Positions 1-14,290 of a DNA stretch of 64,000 bases are shown in pieces (position 1 is the first letter of the stretch; each line of letters starts with the position of its first letter). Where the stretch lies: assembly GCA_951406725.2 (NCBI GenBank), contig OX597818.1:78306001-78370000 (forward strand). The letters run 5' to 3'. This DNA comes from Octopus vulgaris (taxonomy: Eukaryota). The notes beneath the pieces are model-generated. The model searched no databases and had not been told where the DNA came from. It was given only the letters and a program-made list of their open reading frames with translations. The translations under genes were made by a program, and so were the position numbers.

Positions 1-46
1 TTTGTTTATAATAATAATAATAATAACTGATTTTGAGATTTAACAG

Positions 47-276
47 AAGTTCTAACCATGTCTAATCACAAACAAGCTTTGTCAAGGGATGGGTGTTACG
101 GTGTGTTGGAGAAACCCTATCTACTTCATATCAAAACATCCGTACTGAAAGAAGAGGAAGTTAATTATTCTCAAAATCTAAAATTAATGGTGGAAAAGGC
201 AGCGATTTTAAAGCAATTAATGGCCATATTTTGTTTATATTACTCTTGTTTTATATTTGTGTTCTTTGTATTATAA
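47..276 (+). pseudogene. SLC9C-like pseudo-exon (NHE transmembrane helices)
   Basis: ttaacag acceptor; VLTMSNHKQALSRD, frameshifted W/ETLS, MVEKA...IFCLY resemble recalled GLIVNAEKTSISPE...FWETLAY...VTQKA...IILY. Confidence 0.4.
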
Positions 277-1121
277 GTAGCTTATGTATAAGAGGGCTGT
301 ATATTAAATTCAGATTCTTATTTTGTTGATGTGGGTAATGTTGTTGTTGTTTAAACCTAGGTTAACTTTGACCCACTAGACGCTTTGATCAAAGTTATTC
401 TCACTACGACCATCTAGAAGATTTTAGGAATATAGACGACTACGTTCTCTAATGTGTCCATTATTTAACATAGCATAAGGCAGCGAGCTGGCAGAATCGT
501 TAGCAAGCCGGTAAAAACTGCTTAGCGGCATTTCTGTTGGCTTTATGCTCTGAGTTAAAATTCCGTTGTGGTCGACGTTACATTTCATTGTTTAGGAGTC
601 GATAAAATATAGTACTTGTTGTGCATTGGGATCGATGAATCAACTACCTTCCTCCCTCAAAATTTCAGTCTTTGTACATATAGTAGAAATGATTATTTAA
701 GACAGTACGTTGATGTTTGAGGAGGACGTGTAGGGATTTGGTTGGTGTTTCTAGCAACGCGTGTGACCAGGAAGCTTAGATGTTATTTGTGTCGTTGGCT
801 CCAGGTTAAATAAGAATAACATCCTCCCTCTCTTTGTGCTTGTGTAGGTGTATGTGTAACAATTATAATTGGAAATTCATAGTATTCTTGCATTCCAGTA
901 AAATTCATCGTGGAGTTTAATAAACTATTTATCTATGCATATCATAAAACAAAAGCGATTTAATTGAGCTCTTTATTATATCATCATAAATTACATTATC
1001 TTCATATGTGTTTCACTGGTGTATACCAGTATGTTCTGATCGATATATAGGATATAAGATGTATATAAATCAAAATTAAGACATCATACAAAATCTTTTA
1101 AGTGTTTTCATTGTAATTTAA

Positions 1122-1342
1122 CCCTTTCGTTACTACATTTATTTTGAGATGCTCTATGTTTCTCTCAATTATTTTAGATATAACAAAGAATTTAGTAAAA
1201 TAACTTGGTTATCATTAAGCTAGTGTTAGGAACATAAATTGTGACTAAGGTTTGGTGGACGATTTCAATTCAAAACTTATTCAAACAAGACATTTGTACT
1301 ACAGAGCCAGAGGCGGTTTCAGCCAGGTTGGTAATGAAAGGG
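1122..1342. mobile_element. piggyBac-type MITE
   Basis: TTAA flanks on both sides; TIRs CCCTTTCGTTAC / GTAATGAAAGGG. Confidence 0.85.
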
Positions 1343-1455
1343 TTAAATAATTTTCACATACATTCTCTGCGAATTCTCAACTTCATTTATTTCACACACA
1401 CACACATATCAATGTCACATACATATTGTATGTGTTTTGTTCATATGTCCATTAG

Positions 1456-1550
1456 CTGCATGATAGCATCTTGGGAAACGTCCCTTTACGACACCGAATT
1501 TGAAAAAAACACCGAATGCTTCAGAACTGACGAGAGAGCTCGCGCAGAAG
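1456..1550 (+). pseudogene. Possible exon relic (CMIASWETSLYDTEFEKNTECFRTDERARAE)
   Basis: ccattag acceptor and g|gtgaat donor around an open frame; only weak resemblance to the IxxW segment of NHE TM12. Confidence 0.2.
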
Positions 1551-1684
1551 GTGAATGAAAATAATTGATATCAGTGGATATCGCCGTCTTTCAGCTTGTT
1601 AGGAACTTACACTCGACACACCTCGAATCGAACTGAATCTCTGGTTCGAGATACATACGCACACAAACAAACACACACACCCAT

Positions 1685-1720
<36 letters not shown>

Positions 1721-1810
1721 ACACACGTACATATACACGTACACACATAATAATGTAAGTATGCATGTATGTATGTATTTATGTGCCTAAATGTTTATAT
1801 ACGTTGTAAG

Positions 1811-1996
1811 AATGAAATGAAATCAAATAGTGATATTTTGAAAGCATTTAATACGAACGTTTCAGGTTTCCGTAACATATAATAGGAAATGCATCCATTA
1901 CGTAAACCTTCTTCAGTTAAAGCATTTCAAAAATATACGCAAACCTGAAACGTACGTATTAAATGAATTTGAAATATTATTTCGTTTGATTTCATT
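1811..1996. mobile_element. Penelope-like inverted repeat carrying a hammerhead motif
   Basis: 1811-1869 is an imperfect inverted copy of 1941-1996; hammerhead core on the minus strand. Confidence 0.6.
1844..1923 (-). ncRNA. Type I hammerhead ribozyme motif
   Basis: Minus strand: gcuuuaa CUGAAGA agguuu-a-cguaau..guuacg-g-aaaccu GAAAC guuc GUA uuaaaugc; stems I, II and III can all pair. Confidence 0.7.
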
Positions 1997-2141
1997 ATAA
2001 CAACTAATGCTAATACAAACTAACCGGTCTTGACTTCGCTTATGCGGGTACTCTAACAACGATTAAGTGTATATTTTTTATATTTGACTCTAGTCAAAAG
2101 TTTTGGTACCGTGCACCGCTTTTTAGCGTAACACACGCACG

Positions 2142-2219
<78 letters not shown>

Positions 2220-2328
2220 AACATATTCAAGTTTCTTTCTTTCTTTCAGTTCCCGTCTTAATTCACTCACATTTCATTCTGCCCGAGGTTACAGTAGATA
2301 TGTGTGTGTGTGTGTAATATACATAGAG

Positions 2329-2384
<56 letters not shown>

Positions 2385-5056
2385 GAGTATAATATACATA
2401 GAGTACGGAAACAATGATAAGAGACTTCGTCACCATTTTTATTGTAACACTCTTCACTCTTATAATAGAAATGAAGTGTTTGTATTAGGCACTCTTTCTA
2501 GTTTTAGATCCCAAGTCCTGCGTTCAAATTATAAAGCGGCCATTAGTTCCTGTTTATCCCAACAGGTTTGGTAAAAATATAAAGGAATAGCTACAGCAGG
2601 AGGCACGAGGTGTTTGATCGATCTGCTATAAATGGCTGCCGAATCATCCGTCTTAAAATGAAAGCTACATCGCGTAATGTAGTACTTGATTCAGTGAATA
2701 CAAATAATCCCTGAATGGTTAGGTTGGGACAACTTTGAACAAAGGTCTACATAATAGATGCTGACCTGGGGCTGAACGAAAAATATCGGCACCAATAAAG
2801 GTGTTTCTAGGCGGATGAACTCCATGCAGGAAATAGCAGCTAAATTACCTTAAAATCCCTCTCTTAAAATAGATTGAGCTTGAACTAACCTGACATGGCA
2901 TAGGGTCAACAATGACAAGAACCACAATACTAGTTATGCAATGAGGAATATGCAGTCTGTTATAATTATCCTACAAATCAATGTGGTCCTAAGGTTCGTA
3001 ATAAAAATAAACTGTTGTTTAACCCTAGGTCAGTTTTTTTCCAACTAGCCTACTACGGTTGGAAGTGTTCCAACCGTGACACTTCCTTGTGTTTTTCAGC
3101 CAGAGTTTCTCCTATGCCATTATCTAAAGTGTTCCTTTTTAAAGATAGTTTATGAGAATTCTGAGATATTCAGTGGCTATTTGAAGCATGCTGTGTGACA
3201 GTGCAGAGACACCTGATCGTCTTATAAACAAGTATAAGGCGGCGAGCTGAAAGAATAGCACGCCAGAAAAATTACTTAGCGGCATTTCATCAGCTTTACG
3301 TTCTGTGTTCAAATTCCGTCGAGGTCGGCTTCGCTTTCCATCCTTTCGGGGTCAATAAAATAAGTATTTGTTAAACACCGGGGTCGATGTTATCAACTTA
3401 CCCCTCCCCAAAAATTGTAGACCTTGTGCCTATAGCAGAAAGGATTATAAACGATTGTTATGTTACCCTAGATTTAATACGACTGAACAAACCTACGAGT
3501 ATAAGCATTCCAAGTACGGTCGTCTCGTATTTCTTTCGGATATAGCATATCGAGGCTTACTTTATCCAATGTCTACCTCTCCCTTTTGCTGACAGTATAG
3601 CCAGTTTTCACTCGCGAGGGAGTTTAGGTAGCTACGAAGTCTCGAGTATACATAGAAATCCACGAGGCTCTCCGACGATTAGGCAACAGAACATCTAGAA
3701 TGTAATATTTGGAAGAAGAAGGAGGGTTGTACCAGCAGCCGGTTGTACCAGCAGCTGAGTAGATTGGAGCACTCACTATCTTCGGATCATGAACCGAACA
3801 CAAACGATAGAGTATAATATAAAGCAAATTTGACCAATATTTGTAGCAGATCGTGTGACGACGTAGAGGCTTCTTCAGGATTCGCATTATAAACAGCTTT
3901 GATGCTTATGATGTTGCTGTTGTTATTTTGGCTGTTCTTATTGCTATCGTTCTTATTTCTTTACAACCCGCAAGGGGCTACAAACAGAGGGGACAAACAA
4001 GGACAGACAAACGGATTAAGTCGATTATATCGATCCCAGTGCGTAACTGGTACTTATTTAATCGACCGCAAAAGGATAAAAAGTCAAAGTCGATCTCGGT
4101 GGAATTTGAACTCAGAACGTAACGGCAGACGAAATACTGCTAGGCATTTTGCCCGGCGTGCAAACGTTTCTGCCAGCACACCGCCTTATTGCTATCGTTC
4201 TTGTTGCTGTTCTTGTGCTGCCTCAGGTCAACCCTGAACGACCACATGTTATCGACCAAATGCCAGAACGCAGCCCTACAGAACCATGTTCTCAGCTACG
4301 TTTTGCCTCAACGAATCTGAGGGCCATATTACACATACGCAGTGACGAATCATATGGTTTTCAGCACGAGAATTTAGGCATATTGTACTTGCATTATTAT
4401 TACTTCCGCGCCGGAAAAAAATGCGTAGGGGCATTTTGTTCATCTTTATGTTCTGAGTTCAAATTCTGCCGAATTCGACTTTGCCTTTCATTCTTTCGGT
4501 GTCGATGAAATAAGTACCAATTGAATACTGGGACCAATGTAATCGACTTACCCCCTCACTCGGAATTGCTGACCACTGAGAAAAAAGATTTTAAACCACC
4601 TTTATAAAGTTCTGTGATGTAGCGAGCTGGCAGAATCGTTAACGCATTGAGCGTTAACGAGTAAAATGTGAGTGGAACGAGAGGGATTATTTGTCTGCTC
4701 GCGATTACATACGCATTTAAAACAATCAGCAAAAGCATGGTACATGCTAGTAGCATGTCATAGACGCTAAACTTTTTTCTACTATTGTACACTCCATAGA
4801 TTTAGAAACATAATAAAACATTTTTTGAGCAGCCGTTTTGGCGCACTTGTTTTGGTGTCGTCAATTTGGCGTTGATTCGGCACTGACCTATTTGACATTA
4901 GACGTTTTGATGTTTCTCTCGTTTTGATTCTCTTGTTCTCTCATCCCTCCCTTTCTCTCTGTTTATGTGTGAGCATTTTTCTTTTTACGTATACGAGGAG
5001 AGGGAAAGTGTTTATATCAATCGTGTTCAGTTAATAAATTGTAATGTCTCTCCCCC

Positions 5057-5101
<45 letters not shown>

Positions 5102-5239
5102 ATATACTGTTGCGCGCGCGTGTTTGTCTCCATCGAAAAAAGTGTTGTTGCCAAAGAGACTGAATGTCCGATCAGCTGTGTCAGATAGCTGCAGCTAATC
5201 TCTCATTCTGACCTGGTTAGTAGTTTGATCGCCTTAATG

Positions 5240-5870
5240 AAGTATTTTGTTTTATGCGAGGTGTGGGATGGAGTCAAACTCCTCATCGATGTCTATGATT
5301 GTTAAAATGGTGCGCGTAGGTCTTATGTTCCCGAAACACTCATACGTTTTCTGATATATTTAATGAACAAGCAGATTAATTTACAAATGTGTTACGATAA
5401 TTAGTTTAGAGTGGCTGTCTCTTATTCTGAATACTCATATTCCCACTTGTTGTTGCGATCTATTCGTTTGGAAAAGGTTACAACCACAGATTGTGGTATC
5501 TATGAGATGCATAATTTGATTTATATCAAGCAGGCTCTAATGTAGCTTCAATTGTTTTGTTTTATCGAGGTGCAACTTATAATTTTTGTTCTGTCTGCAT
5601 TAATTTTGTTTTAATATAGACACTTTAATTCATTATTATGAAGTTGTAGTACGAGAGTTAAGCTGAAAGTGGTGCGAAAGTTAGCATAATTAACTGGGAT
5701 GGGTCGTTCGGATTACTCGTATTCGTAGAGTAAATGTTCCTGTATACAAAGGTACTACTCAACATAGTCTACAACATAAGCGAAGCATTTGTACCATAGT
5801 TGAAACCAATTCTCGAATCATTGAAAAAATTCCGATGCGCACTGTTGGACTCATTTTTACAGACACTTTT
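5240..5870 (-). mobile_element. Highly decayed LINE reverse-transcriptase remnant
   Basis: Fragmentary VVP(L/I)Y...RP and FID-KAFD-like segments on the minus strand; many stops. Confidence 0.3.
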
Positions 5871-5963
5871 ACACCATTTGTCATTAAACTGTTGTTTCTG
5901 AATACTTGTCTTTCCTTGGACCAAGAAAGTTTGAAGTCGGAGGAGACATCGGATCTACGAGGG

Positions 5964-6034
<71 letters not shown>

Positions 6035-6051
6035 GTGTGTGTGTGTGTGTG

Positions 6052-7000
6052 CATCGGAGGCGGGTAACCACCAGCCAGATCAATGTGCTGATTGTCTAAC
6101 TGGTTGCTGAAGAAGTGTGTCGTTGCACATTGTCCTGGTGAATGTGTGAATTGTTCGTTTTCCTCTCTTAATGGCTTCTTCAACACTTTTGTGTGTCTCA
6201 GTGTACCGCTTGCTTGTTCCCGATACAGCCACGTTGCTGACCATTAAGGAACATGATGCCTTTGTCAACCGAAAGAAAAGTCACTATGAACTTCTGCGCC
6301 AGTTGTTGGCTCTCGAACTTCTTAGGCCTTGGAGAAAAGGCGTGATGACACTCCAGATTATAAATATTCACTCACATTTCGACTCATGTCATTAGATCGA
6401 TAGGAAAAGTGTCTTTTCTTGGCTTCAGAAACTTCTAGTAGATCGAAGCAAATTTCCACCCTTCTCTTCTTCAAATCGGTTGTCAACTGTCGTGCTTACC
6501 AATTTGCACACACTTCCTATAGCCAGTCTTCCATCTTCTGTAAAGTATTGTGACCAAACTCCAGTTGTGCAGCAAGTTCAGATGTGACTCATCTATTCCC
6601 GCAAATCAGTTTGTGCACTCACTATCGATTCGGGTCAATAATCGCAGTCGATATTCTACCACAGTCTGGTTTGTCTTCAGTGTTGGTTTCTTTCCTTAAA
6701 CTTCTTCATTCATCTGTGTATAACACTCTTGTTGATGGTGTCATCTTTGTAAACAACTTAGAGCTTTCTGCGGCTATCGGATAACCTACACCGTTCTTTT
6801 GTAAATATTTCATTTACGGCACGTAGCTTAGTGTCTAGAACTATATATTTTCTTGCAATGGAGAAGAACATCTTCTTCAGAGCAGACCAGTAGTAGTGAG
6901 AGCATGTCATTGACAAGGTCACGACTGAGAACGAAAGGAATTTTTGCAAACCTAGCTGATAGATTAATTGACCGGACGATAAATTAATCAGACAATCGAT
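6052..7000 (-). mobile_element. Decayed mariner transposase
   Basis: Minus-strand frames give KLRAVNEIF…VYKDDTINKSVIHR…EDKPDCGR…ELAAQL…RQLTTDLKKRRVEICFDLL…SPRPKKF…HQDN; interrupted by (TG)n. Confidence 0.8.
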
Positions 7001-7282
7001 TAGTAATTGCTTATCTAAAGGATGACGAACAAAACAAGATGCTTTCCTTCACAACCTTGTAAGTTAAGAACATGTTCTTACTACGCTCAGAATATGAGTA
7101 CAAACTGTTTAAATTTCTAATTTTTTCTTAATTCCAAATTTTTTATTTCTTAATCCTTGACTTTAAATTTTTAATATTTAAGAAGATGGACTTACACATC
7201 GAAACCGCTAATATTCTATAACCGTTATTTAATGTAACAAATATAAATATAGTTATCCTGTCCGATTGAATATATATATAAA

Positions 7283-7328
<46 letters not shown>

Positions 7329-7436
7329 AATAGGACAGAAAAGAGAAGTGAAGAAGCTGGTGTTTATTCCATTCGTCTACGGCTGCTTTATAAACCTGTT
7401 TATAAACACATTACATCAACATTAACACACGCATAT

Positions 7437-7757
7437 TCGGAGACCCCCTTCGGTCACGACACAGGCCATGGGATTGCACCTAGAAAGTTACTCTCCTAGA
7501 CACAAGTCCGGGCGAGGTTGTTTATGGAAGACCAGCAGTCACCCATGCATACCAGCCTCCCCTCTCCACGCCACCAGTGTTATCCAAGGGAAAGACAAAG
7601 GTCGATACAGCTTGGCACCAGTGACGTCGCAACTCATTTCTACAGCTGAGTGAACTGGAGCAACGTGAAATAAAGTGCCTTGCTCAAGAACACAACACGA
7701 GCTCACAACCTCACGATCGTAAGCCCGACGCTCTAACCACTGAGCCATGCGCCTTCA
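7437..7757 (-). mobile_element. tRNA-derived SINE with CORE-like domain and RTE-like tail
   Basis: Head tggctcagtggttagagcgtcgggc (A box); CORE-like gtgttcttgagcaaggcacttta. Confidence 0.75.
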
Positions 7758-7936
7758 CGCATATATACACACGTATATATTGTACATATAAATATATATA
7801 AATAAACACATATGCGTATGAATACCCATATATACAAGCGTTCTGTGAAGGAAACTAACAGACTGAACGATTCATGGTAGTTGAAACCACCAACTCTCTA
7901 CTACAAAGAAGCTAATCTTATACATACATACATACA

Positions 7937-7988
<52 letters not shown>

Positions 7989-7992
7989 CATA

Positions 7993-8427
7993 TCTATTAT
8001 ATAAAATCCGTTCTGTGTGTGTGTGTGTGTGTCTTCTAGGATCTCGGGCATCCTCCATCCGATTGCACTCAAATTTGATATGTAGATACAGACAGTATAA
8101 AATTACAAAAATCGATTCCAGTTGAGAATGCGATCGATAAAGCTGTGGGAACGTGCATTTATACGCGCAAGTACATCAGCTGTTGTGATGTACTTACTGG
8201 TACTTTAAACTCTTCGGTTGCATATTTGTGTGAATAAAATCGTTTTTCTTTGGAATAGAAAAAACGTCTATCTCTATTTCTTCTTTTGCTGGTGTGTCAA
8301 ATTTAGGTTAAATTAGTGTTTCTCAAAGGGGAGGCCTATGGGACGGTCGGAGAAGTTGTCTTGAGAAAGTTTGGTTTAAATGTTTGACAACTCAGCACCA
8401 GCCATCGGACAGGGGGAGTTTTGCTCG
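7993..8427 (+). mobile_element. Non-autonomous Helitron
   Basis: 5' TCTATTATATAAAA start, internal (TG)n, 3' CTCG end; inserted between A and T. Confidence 0.6.
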
Positions 8428-8459
<32 letters not shown>

Positions 8460-8681
8460 CATACATATATATACATATAATTGCTGCTGGTTTGTTTAGT
8501 CCTCGTAATTTAGCGGTTCAGCATAAAGGAGCGGTAGAATAAATACTACTCTTCAAAATAAGTATTGCGGACGGATTGTTCGACTAAACCCTTGAAGGAG
8601 GTACACTAGCGGGCCTGCAGTCCAAAGACTGAAAAAGTAAAATATAAACGATTACATTTTTCTTTTTCTTTCTTTTTCCAG

Positions 8682-8860
8682 GAACATTTTCTGAGAAGTC
8701 TTGGAGACGCCAGTGTATGGACCCCGGAACTGTAGCTGCCAGAATTAATCGCAAATTGTTGACGACAGCACGAGATCTAAAAACAGCCAAATACCGACAA
8801 ACGGAGATATATCTTTAGCGATTCCTGTAATCGGTTTTGAATATATCTTCAGAAAGCCTT
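8682..8860 (+). pseudogene. SLC9C-like pseudo-exon (end of transport domain / cytosolic helix), frameshifted
   Basis: Very strong acceptor (ttttctttttctttctttttccag). EHFLRSLGDASVWTP then a shift to AARINRKLLTTARDLKTAKY parallels recalled QTLLRILGMSDISIP...VRRIHEGQNRTLNMLKSDRF in register. Confidence 0.55.
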
Positions 8861-8922
8861 CCATTCATAATATGAAACATTAATATATATATTTCATCAT
8901 AATCACAGTTGATTCTTTTACA

Positions 8923-8956
<34 letters not shown>

Positions 8957-9436
8957 TCTGTTTGTCTGTCTGTCTGTTTATCCATTATTCCTTTATGTAT
9001 ATTACAATTGTGAAGACAACGAACAACTAGATTCTGTGTTAATGACTTCATTCCAATCCTCATTGTTTCCATTTAGCTATATAATGTTCCTTTGCATTAA
9101 ATACGTTAGCACTTAACTTTTGTTTTTCCTGCAGATGGCATATATGCGTAACATATTCCCTAAACATTTCGATTTTCCTAAGCCATTTTCAGGATTATTT
9201 TTACATTTAGTGAGTGATTCTCTCATGAATGTTCCTGCATGTACAGTGAACACTATGTTTCGTGGATGACGTCGTAATATATCGAAACATTCACGGAACT
9301 TATTTCCCATAATTTCCGATATATTTAAAACACAAACTATTGACTAATATTACACTTTCTTAACCACATAATAATTTCTAATTAGCTTTTAAACCTGCCA
9401 ATTAATAAAGATGTTAGCACTAAATTAAATATATTG

Positions 9437-9541
<105 letters not shown>

Positions 9542-9659
9542 CATATATATATATATGTTGAATCTTCGTTCAGCTCCATTTCTTCCCTTCACTAAATATA
9601 TATATATATATATATATATACTTTATTTAAAGCACCAGAAAATTCAACAAAATCTGTTA

Positions 9660-9691
9660 CTCTGAGTTTCTCGTTGCCGTTCATCAGACAG
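9660..9691 (-). ncRNA. Degenerate minimal hammerhead motif
   Basis: cugu CUGAUGA acg-gcaa-cga GAAAC UC agag; stems are weak. Confidence 0.35.
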
Positions 9692-9712
9692 TTTTTACAG
9701 ACATATATATAC

Positions 9713-9758
<46 letters not shown>

Positions 9759-9760
<2 letters not shown>

Positions 9761-10088
9761 AGGCGCAATGGCCCAGTGGTTAGGGCAGCGGACACGCGGT
9801 TGGAGGATCGCGGTTTCGATTCCCAGACCGGGCGTTGTGTGTGTTTATTGAGCGAAAACACCTAAAGCTCCACGAGCCTCCGGCAGGGGGTGGTGGCGAC
9901 CCCTATTGTACTCTTTCGCCCCAACTTTCTCTCACTCTCTCTTCCTGTTTCTTGAGTAACGTTGTGATGGACTGGCGTCCCGTCCATCTTGGGGGAAACA
10001 CATACGCCATAGAAACCGGGAAACCGGGCCCATGAGCCTGGCTAGGCTTGAAAAGGGCGCATAAATAAATAAATAAATAAATAAATAA
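9759..10088 (+). mobile_element. tRNA-derived SINE with V/Meta-like domain
   Basis: A box tggcccagtgg, B box gtttcgattccc, gatggactggcgtcccgtcca…agaaaccgg core, (ATAA)n tail. Confidence 0.8.
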
Positions 10089-10998
10089 CTAATATATATA
10101 TATATATATATTTTTTTCAAACATAGCCATCATTCGCAAGCGTGTACGATCAGCTTGCATGTTGTATGATGCTAATTGTTTGAGATACCTATGAAGTCAC
10201 GAGCAGTCATAGACACACTCTTGGTCCTCCTAATCTTGATCTAAGGGAACATCCACGATGTGACAGATAGAGGGAGAGTGTGTACTGCACTTGCACTTCG
10301 TTGATACTTATATCTTTAGCTGAATGGACTGGATCAACATGAAATGGAGTGTTTTGCTCAAGAACACAATTCACCACACACATTTACCCGTTCCAGGAAT
10401 TGAAGCCTGACTTTATGACCTGGAGTTCAACGCCCTAACAGCTAACGCAGTTGGGTGAATTACGAAATTATGTAAAGTGAGATTTATAGTTTCTCAAGGA
10501 AACATGATGTTTTATGTTTTATATTTTATTTTGTTTTGTTTGTTTCGTTTAATATATATATTCTTTATTTCTAAGACAGATTTTGCGAGGAGTATTTTTT
10601 TGTTTTCATATTCTGTTTCCGTTAAACTCTTTTTTGTTTTTTTGCTTTTGTGTTTTCAATATTATATTCTGTTACAGGCGGAATCGTTAGCACGCCGGGC
10701 AAGATGCTTAACAGCATTTCTTCTTGCTCTTAATGTTCTGAATTCAAATTTCGCTTGGGTCAACTTTCGAGGGCGATAAAATAAAGTACCAGTCAAGTAC
10801 TGGGTCTCTCTAATCGACTTTTCTCCTTGCTGGCCTTATGCCAAAATTTGGAAGCATCATTACTATTATTATGGCCTTTCATCCTTTCGGCGTCTGTGAA
10901 ATAAGTACCTGAAAAGTACTGAAGTTGATGCAACCGGATAGACCCCCAACCCTCAAATTTCACTCATTAGCCCTACTGTAGAAAAAAAAATTATATTA

Positions 10999-11358
10999 CA
11001 CTGTGTAACACGATTTTTGTCCTTGGATAGCAACTGTTATTTCCTATTTACTTACCTCTAGAAAGTACGCAAAATGGCTAATATTTCATTCAGTCTTTGC
11101 TTTTGTTACATTTTATTCAAACCCCAAAGAACTCCTTTCAATACATGGTTATTTGCTATAACGATATTTCTGCTTCGGCAACACAATGCTGAATCTGTCT
11201 GAAATGTAATGGAAAATAGGTCAGTTTCAAAATATTGGTGTCCAAGTCACAAAAGTAAAGTTTAAGGGAATAGCAGTCCTTTTCTTTATATTTCTAGATA
11301 GAAGCAAATTGGAAAAAGACTTACCAAAGAGAGAAAAGAAAAAATTTGTTACACAGTG
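10999..11358. mobile_element. Chapaev3-type MITE
   Basis: TIRs CACTGTGTAACA / TGTTACACAGTG. Confidence 0.7.
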
Positions 11359-11415
11359 TAATTATTAAGGTCACCTTCCAAAATCAAATCTAAAATATTA
11401 GATTTATTATTCTAG

Positions 11416-11904
11416 GTACATCTTGAAAATATATGCATGGAAGTATTCAAATCTAACAAAAATGTTCATGGTTAATGAAGATATTGAAAATTAACGGAAG
11501 CGTTCAAGGTGAATAAGAATGTTTCAAAGTAAATGTGTATAGAAGTACTTAGAGTTACCATGGATGCTGATAGTAAATACTATGTGAGAATACCTTAACA
11601 ATGTTTATAGACTTTAACATGGATATTCTGGAACGTACCCACATCTATCCTTAGAGTTAATTTAGAAGGGTTTTTTAGAGAAATGGTATTATCTCACTCC
11701 AGTTCTGGCAATATCAACTGTGATGATAATCACATACCTTAACTGCCATGGTGTTTTAAGCTCAACAGCATTGTCGGTATTATTTTCCTCAGCTCTTCAA
11801 CACGTTTCTGTACAATATTATAGCCATTTGGTCTTGTTATGTCCATAATTAATATGGGAACGTTATTGTTGCTATTTATATCCATGGCTTCCAGTTCGGG
11901 ATAT
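11416..11904 (+). pseudogene. SLC9C-like pseudo-exon (cytosolic helices and S1 of the voltage sensor)
   Basis: ttattctag acceptor and tat|gtaagg donor, 489 nt, phase 0/0. The frame has several stops but reads IFWNVPTSILRVNLEGFF...HIP*LPWCFKL...PFGLVMSIINMGTLLLLFISM. Confidence 0.45.
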
Positions 11905-12224
11905 GTAAGGCACGCTTTTATAGTTGTTCAATACAATTGATCTATATACAGTTAGTATGGCAGTTTTTTTTTTATTCTGTTTGTTTTCGCTTCAGACTGT
12001 TTGAAATCTAAACTAATTTCTTGTGAGAATTTTCTACTTTTGTTGTGAGAATTTTCCTCATTATGGAAATTGTTTGTATATATTTGTGTGTATGTGAGTG
12101 TGCGTGCGTGTGTGTGCGCGTTTGTGTGTGTATAATATATGCATGTATATATGTATACTTATGTATGTATATGCATGTGTATAAATATATTCATACATAT
12201 AAACACACACACACATTCACGCAG

Positions 12225-12260
<36 letters not shown>

Positions 12261-12347
12261 GTATATGTATATACATATCTGTGTCTCTATATAATATGAT
12301 ATATATATATATGTATATGTATGTACATATATGTATATGTATATGTG

Positions 12348-12393
<46 letters not shown>

Positions 12394-12487
12394 TATGTAT
12401 ATATATATATGTATGTATGCATGTATATATATATACACACATATACACATATATATATATACAGACAACTACACACCAACTTTCTCA

Positions 12488-12607
<120 letters not shown>

Positions 12608-12823
12608 GCAATAAGAAAATAGAGGGGATCAATAGGTGGTTCATCAACTTTTAGACATAATATGTCAACTTATTTATCTATTTACTAAAATGACAATTAG
12701 AAGAATATACATGCATGTATAACATATTATGCTTTACATATTAATAACTGGATATTCTACCAGCAGTATATTGGATAGATATTATCTCTTAGCTGGTTGG
12801 ACGCACAACCTCTAACTTTCTTG

Positions 12824-12879
<56 letters not shown>

Positions 12880-13016
12880 CGTGAAGTATATTTGCAATTT
12901 AACTATGGCTAACCCCTAAGGGTAGATACTAATGTAGCTTGTAGCCCCAGGCGGACACCTCCTCCAGCTGGCTATTGACACATTCTGTGCCCTATCAGTA
13001 TTTGCAAAGGGAAGCC

Positions 13017-13616
<600 letters not shown>

Positions 13617-13708
13617 TTATATATATGATATGTGACGATTAGCCTCCTTGTGGGTTGGGAAGGTAGTAGGCAATATTAATAACTAACTTTTTATTAACTT
13701 CCTGACAG

Positions 13709-13782
13709 TTAAGAGTTTCCATCATCCTCTCTTCTAGAGATCTATAGTCGTTTGGAGTCAGAATTATTGCGTATAAACTATT
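13709..13782 (+). pseudogene. SLC9C-like pseudo-exon (S2)
   Basis: actaac branch, pyrimidine tract and gacag acceptor; gtgag donor. LRVSIIL...*SFGVRIIAYKL vs recalled LKISNYVF...EAIVKILG. Confidence 0.4.
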
Positions 13783-14089
13783 GTGAGCGTGTGTTTGTGT
13801 TTATGTTTGTGCATGTTGTTCCCCGCCGCTTTTCAATGGTTTTGGTTTGTTTAGGTCCCCTTAACTAAGCGGTTCGGAAAAAGAGACCGATAGAATAAGT
13901 ACCACGGTTAAAACAAGAACAAGTACTGGTGCCAATTTGTTCGTCTAAGAGCCTTCAAGGCACTGCCAGCATGGTCGCAGGCCAATGACTGAAGCAAGTA
14001 AAAGATAAAGTTAAAAATTTCCTGAAATATACACTTTGCGGTATTTAGTTCTGTAACGTCCAAGTCCAATACTATAACGCCATATCTTA

Positions 14090-14290
14090 TATCTGGTACT
14101 GCATGTAAGTTGATAGTTTTCTTACTACTGATATGAAATTTTAATATATTTTGGCAGTCAAAATATTCGCTTTTCGTACTTGGTCACTTTTCACACACGC
14201 CATTTTATTCATATATCTACCTAAATATTTTGTAGAATGCAGAATAGTCCAGCTCCTGTAATATTTCTCACCAAATCATCTTCTCTACAG
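14090..14290 (+). pseudogene. SLC9C-like relic (S3-S4)
   Basis: ACKLIVFLLLI and KYFVECRIVQLL*YFSP; the latter keeps the every-third-residue register of an S4 segment with decayed arginines. Confidence 0.35.

Noticed and set aside
3624-3887. 87-aa minus ORF / possible Gypsy gag relic on plus strand
   Set aside because: Only a short SKFDQY-like resemblance with many stops; unsupported.
7175-7215. Hammerhead-like aagaagatg…catcgaaac
   Set aside because: The CUGA core is missing; too degenerate.
8682-8818. Intact terminal coding exon (TFSEKSWRR…EIYL*) spliced from 1550
   Set aside because: Phase-compatible, but two different frames each resemble consecutive SLC9C segments, so a frameshifted pseudo-exon fits better.
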